Shown here: positions 62,520 to 64,000 of the stretch, one piece after another
Layout: every line of letters begins with the position of its first letter
Position numbering within the stretch: position 1 is the first letter of the stretch
Assembly: GCA_965221695.1 (NCBI GenBank)
Contig: OZ244905.1
Span: 1,952,001-2,016,000, forward strand
DNA: 64,000 bases
Source of the DNA: Gammaproteobacteria bacterium
Lineage (GTDB): Bacteria > Pseudomonadota > Gammaproteobacteria > Eutrophobiales > Eutrophobiaceae
Direction of reading: 5' to 3'
Notes under the pieces: generated by a model
Database searches by the model: none
Seen by the model: the letters and a program-made list of their open reading frames with translations, nothing else
What the model was told of the DNA's origin: nothing
Made by a program: the position numbers and the translations under genes

Positions 62520-63740
62520 ATGCGGACCAAACCTGTTATCGCGATCCTGTTCATTGCGCTGTTTCTGTCAGGCTGCGCAGCAACGGAAAGAGTAACCGAT
62601 TATTTCAAGGGAAGCAGCGACAATGCCGAACCTCCTAATCCTCTGGTCGAATTCAGGCCGCTCATCAACGTTATTGAACTCTGGAAAAAGAATAATGGCA
62701 TAGGCACCGATGAACAATACCTGAAACTTGCGCCGGTCATTGTCAATCAGCGCGTGTACGTAGTCGATTCAGCCGGGGAGATTGGGTCTCTGGATGCGAC
62801 CAACGGTAAAAGTCTGTGGCGAAAAAAAATTGAAGCGTCAGAATCGGTCGATGGCAAGTCAGGCTGGTTTCGCGGCGAAAATATTCGCATCACTGGTGGG
62901 CCCGGTTATGGGGAAAACACGCTGCTGGTCGGCTCCATGGAAGGAGAAGTGGTTTCCCTGTCCGCTGAAAACGGCAGTGAGTTGTGGCGCGCCAGGGTAT
63001 CGAGCGAAGTATTGTCGGCGCCGCAAAGGGACTCGAATACCGTTATCGTCAGGACTATCGACGGCAAGGTTTTCGGTCTCGACGCTGACGACGGAAGACG
63101 CCTGTGGATTTATGACCGGACGGTGCCACCGTTAACACTCCGCGGCACCAGCACGCCGGCAATCGACGGCGATATCCTGGTAGCCGGATTTGACGGCGGG
63201 AAATTAGCGGCTTTGGATGTCCGTACCGGCAAATTACTCTGGGAAAGCAGTATCGCCGCCGCGCGCGGGCGCTCTGAACTGGAGCGGATGGTGGACATTG
63301 ATTCACAACCGACGATTGTGGACGGCGCTGTCTATATCGCCACGTTTCAAGGCCATGTGGCGGCTGTGCAACTGGAATCCGGCCGCATCCTGTGGAGCAA
63401 CGATATGTCTTCCTACGCCGGCTTCAGCGCCGACGAACAAAACCTTTACGTGACCGATGAGAACAGTCATATATGGGCGCTGGACAGATTCGACGGTTCG
63501 GTATTGTGGGAACTGGAAGACTTGCATGCTCGCTCGGTAACCGCGCCGGGCTCGATCGACGATCAGATCGTCGTCGGAGATATGGCAGGCTATCTGCACT
63601 GGATCAACAAGAAAACCGGCGCATTCAACGCCAGAACACGACTGTGCAAGGAACCTGTTATCGCTAAACCCATCGTAGTAGGCAAGATAGTTTACGCTTA
63701 TTGCAGCGACGGCAAACTGGCTGCTTATACTTACCGATAG
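62520..63740 (+). CDS. bamB: Outer membrane assembly lipoprotein BamB
   Basis: Lipobox LSGC; PQQ-like beta-propeller repeats; [14 protein letters not shown]. Confidence 0.93.
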   Translation: MRTKPVIAILFIALFLSGCAATERVTDYFKGSSDNAEPPNPLVEFRPLINVIELWKKNNGIGTDEQYLKLAPVIVNQRVYVVDSAGEIGSLDATNGKSLWRKKIEASESVDGKSGWFRGENIRITGGPGYGENTLLVGSMEGEVVSLSAENGSELWRARVSSEVLSAPQRDSNTVIVRTIDGKVFGLDADDGRRLWIYDRTVPPLTLRGTSTPAIDGDILVAGFDGGKLAALDVRTGKLLWESSIAAARGRSELERMVDIDSQPTIVDGAVYIATFQGHVAAVQLESGRILWSNDMSSYAGFSADEQNLYVTDENSHIWALDRFDGSVLWELEDLHARSVTAPGSIDDQIVVGDMAGYLHWINKKTGAFNARTRLCKEPVIAKPIVVGKIVYAYCSDGKLAAYTYR

Positions 63741-63751
63741 CCCGACCCGCC

Positions 63752-64000
63752 ATGATTCCGGTCATTGCCATCGTCGGCTGCCCCAATGTCGGTAAATCCA
63801 CCTTGTTCAACCGTCTGACCCGTTCCCGAGCGGCGCTGGTCGCAGATGTGCCAGGGGTGACCAGAGATAGACAGTACGGCTATGCCGATCGGGAAAATTG
63901 CGCCATCCTGTTAATTGACACAGGTGGCATAGCGGGCAGCTCTGATGACGCCGATCCACTGCGCGCGGCAGTAACCGGACAGACCACGCAGGCAATCACC
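63752..64000 (+). CDS. der: Ribosome biogenesis GTPase Der (5' part, cut by the window edge)
   Basis: [17 protein letters not shown]...[13 protein letters not shown]...LIDTGG. Confidence 0.95.
   Translation, partial: MIPVIAIVGCPNVGKSTLFNRLTRSRAALVADVPGVTRDRQYGYADRENCAILLIDTGGIAGSSDDADPLRAAVTGQTTQAIT

Overview
Bacterial chromosome segment, most likely from a gammaproteobacterium (inferred from the conserved gene orders queA-tgt, pcnB-folK-dnk-panBC, lptFG-pepA-holC-valS, iscR-suf and ndk-rlmN-rodZ-hisS-yfgM-bamB-der). Bases 1 to about 18,700 form an accessory island: Rhs toxin tips with immunity genes, an orphan Rhs module, an MNT-HEPN toxin-antitoxin pair split by an intact IS21 element, a ParE/RelE-type pair, gene stubs (Rhs, toxin tip, gspG, IS256, AAA ATPase), a 1727-aa RTX protein and a coiled-coil repeat protein. 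The most striking unexplained signal is a ~130-bp repeat (GAAACAGGGTCGGACCTGCCTAA ... CCCTGTTTAA) at the junctions between these modules, present as direct, internally deleted, truncated and inverted copies. It suggests a repeat-punctuated cassette array, but no recombinase is visible in the window. The rest is mostly housekeeping DNA with two tRNAs (Leu-CAA, Glu-CTC), a decayed toxin-antitoxin islet, an acetylene-hydratase-like molybdoenzyme, a RegBA locus with a perfect RegA box, and dispersed IS5-like miniature elements (153-bp and collapsed 27-bp forms) that supply stop codons to valS and lptF. All calls come from manual motif recognition; no database searches were run.
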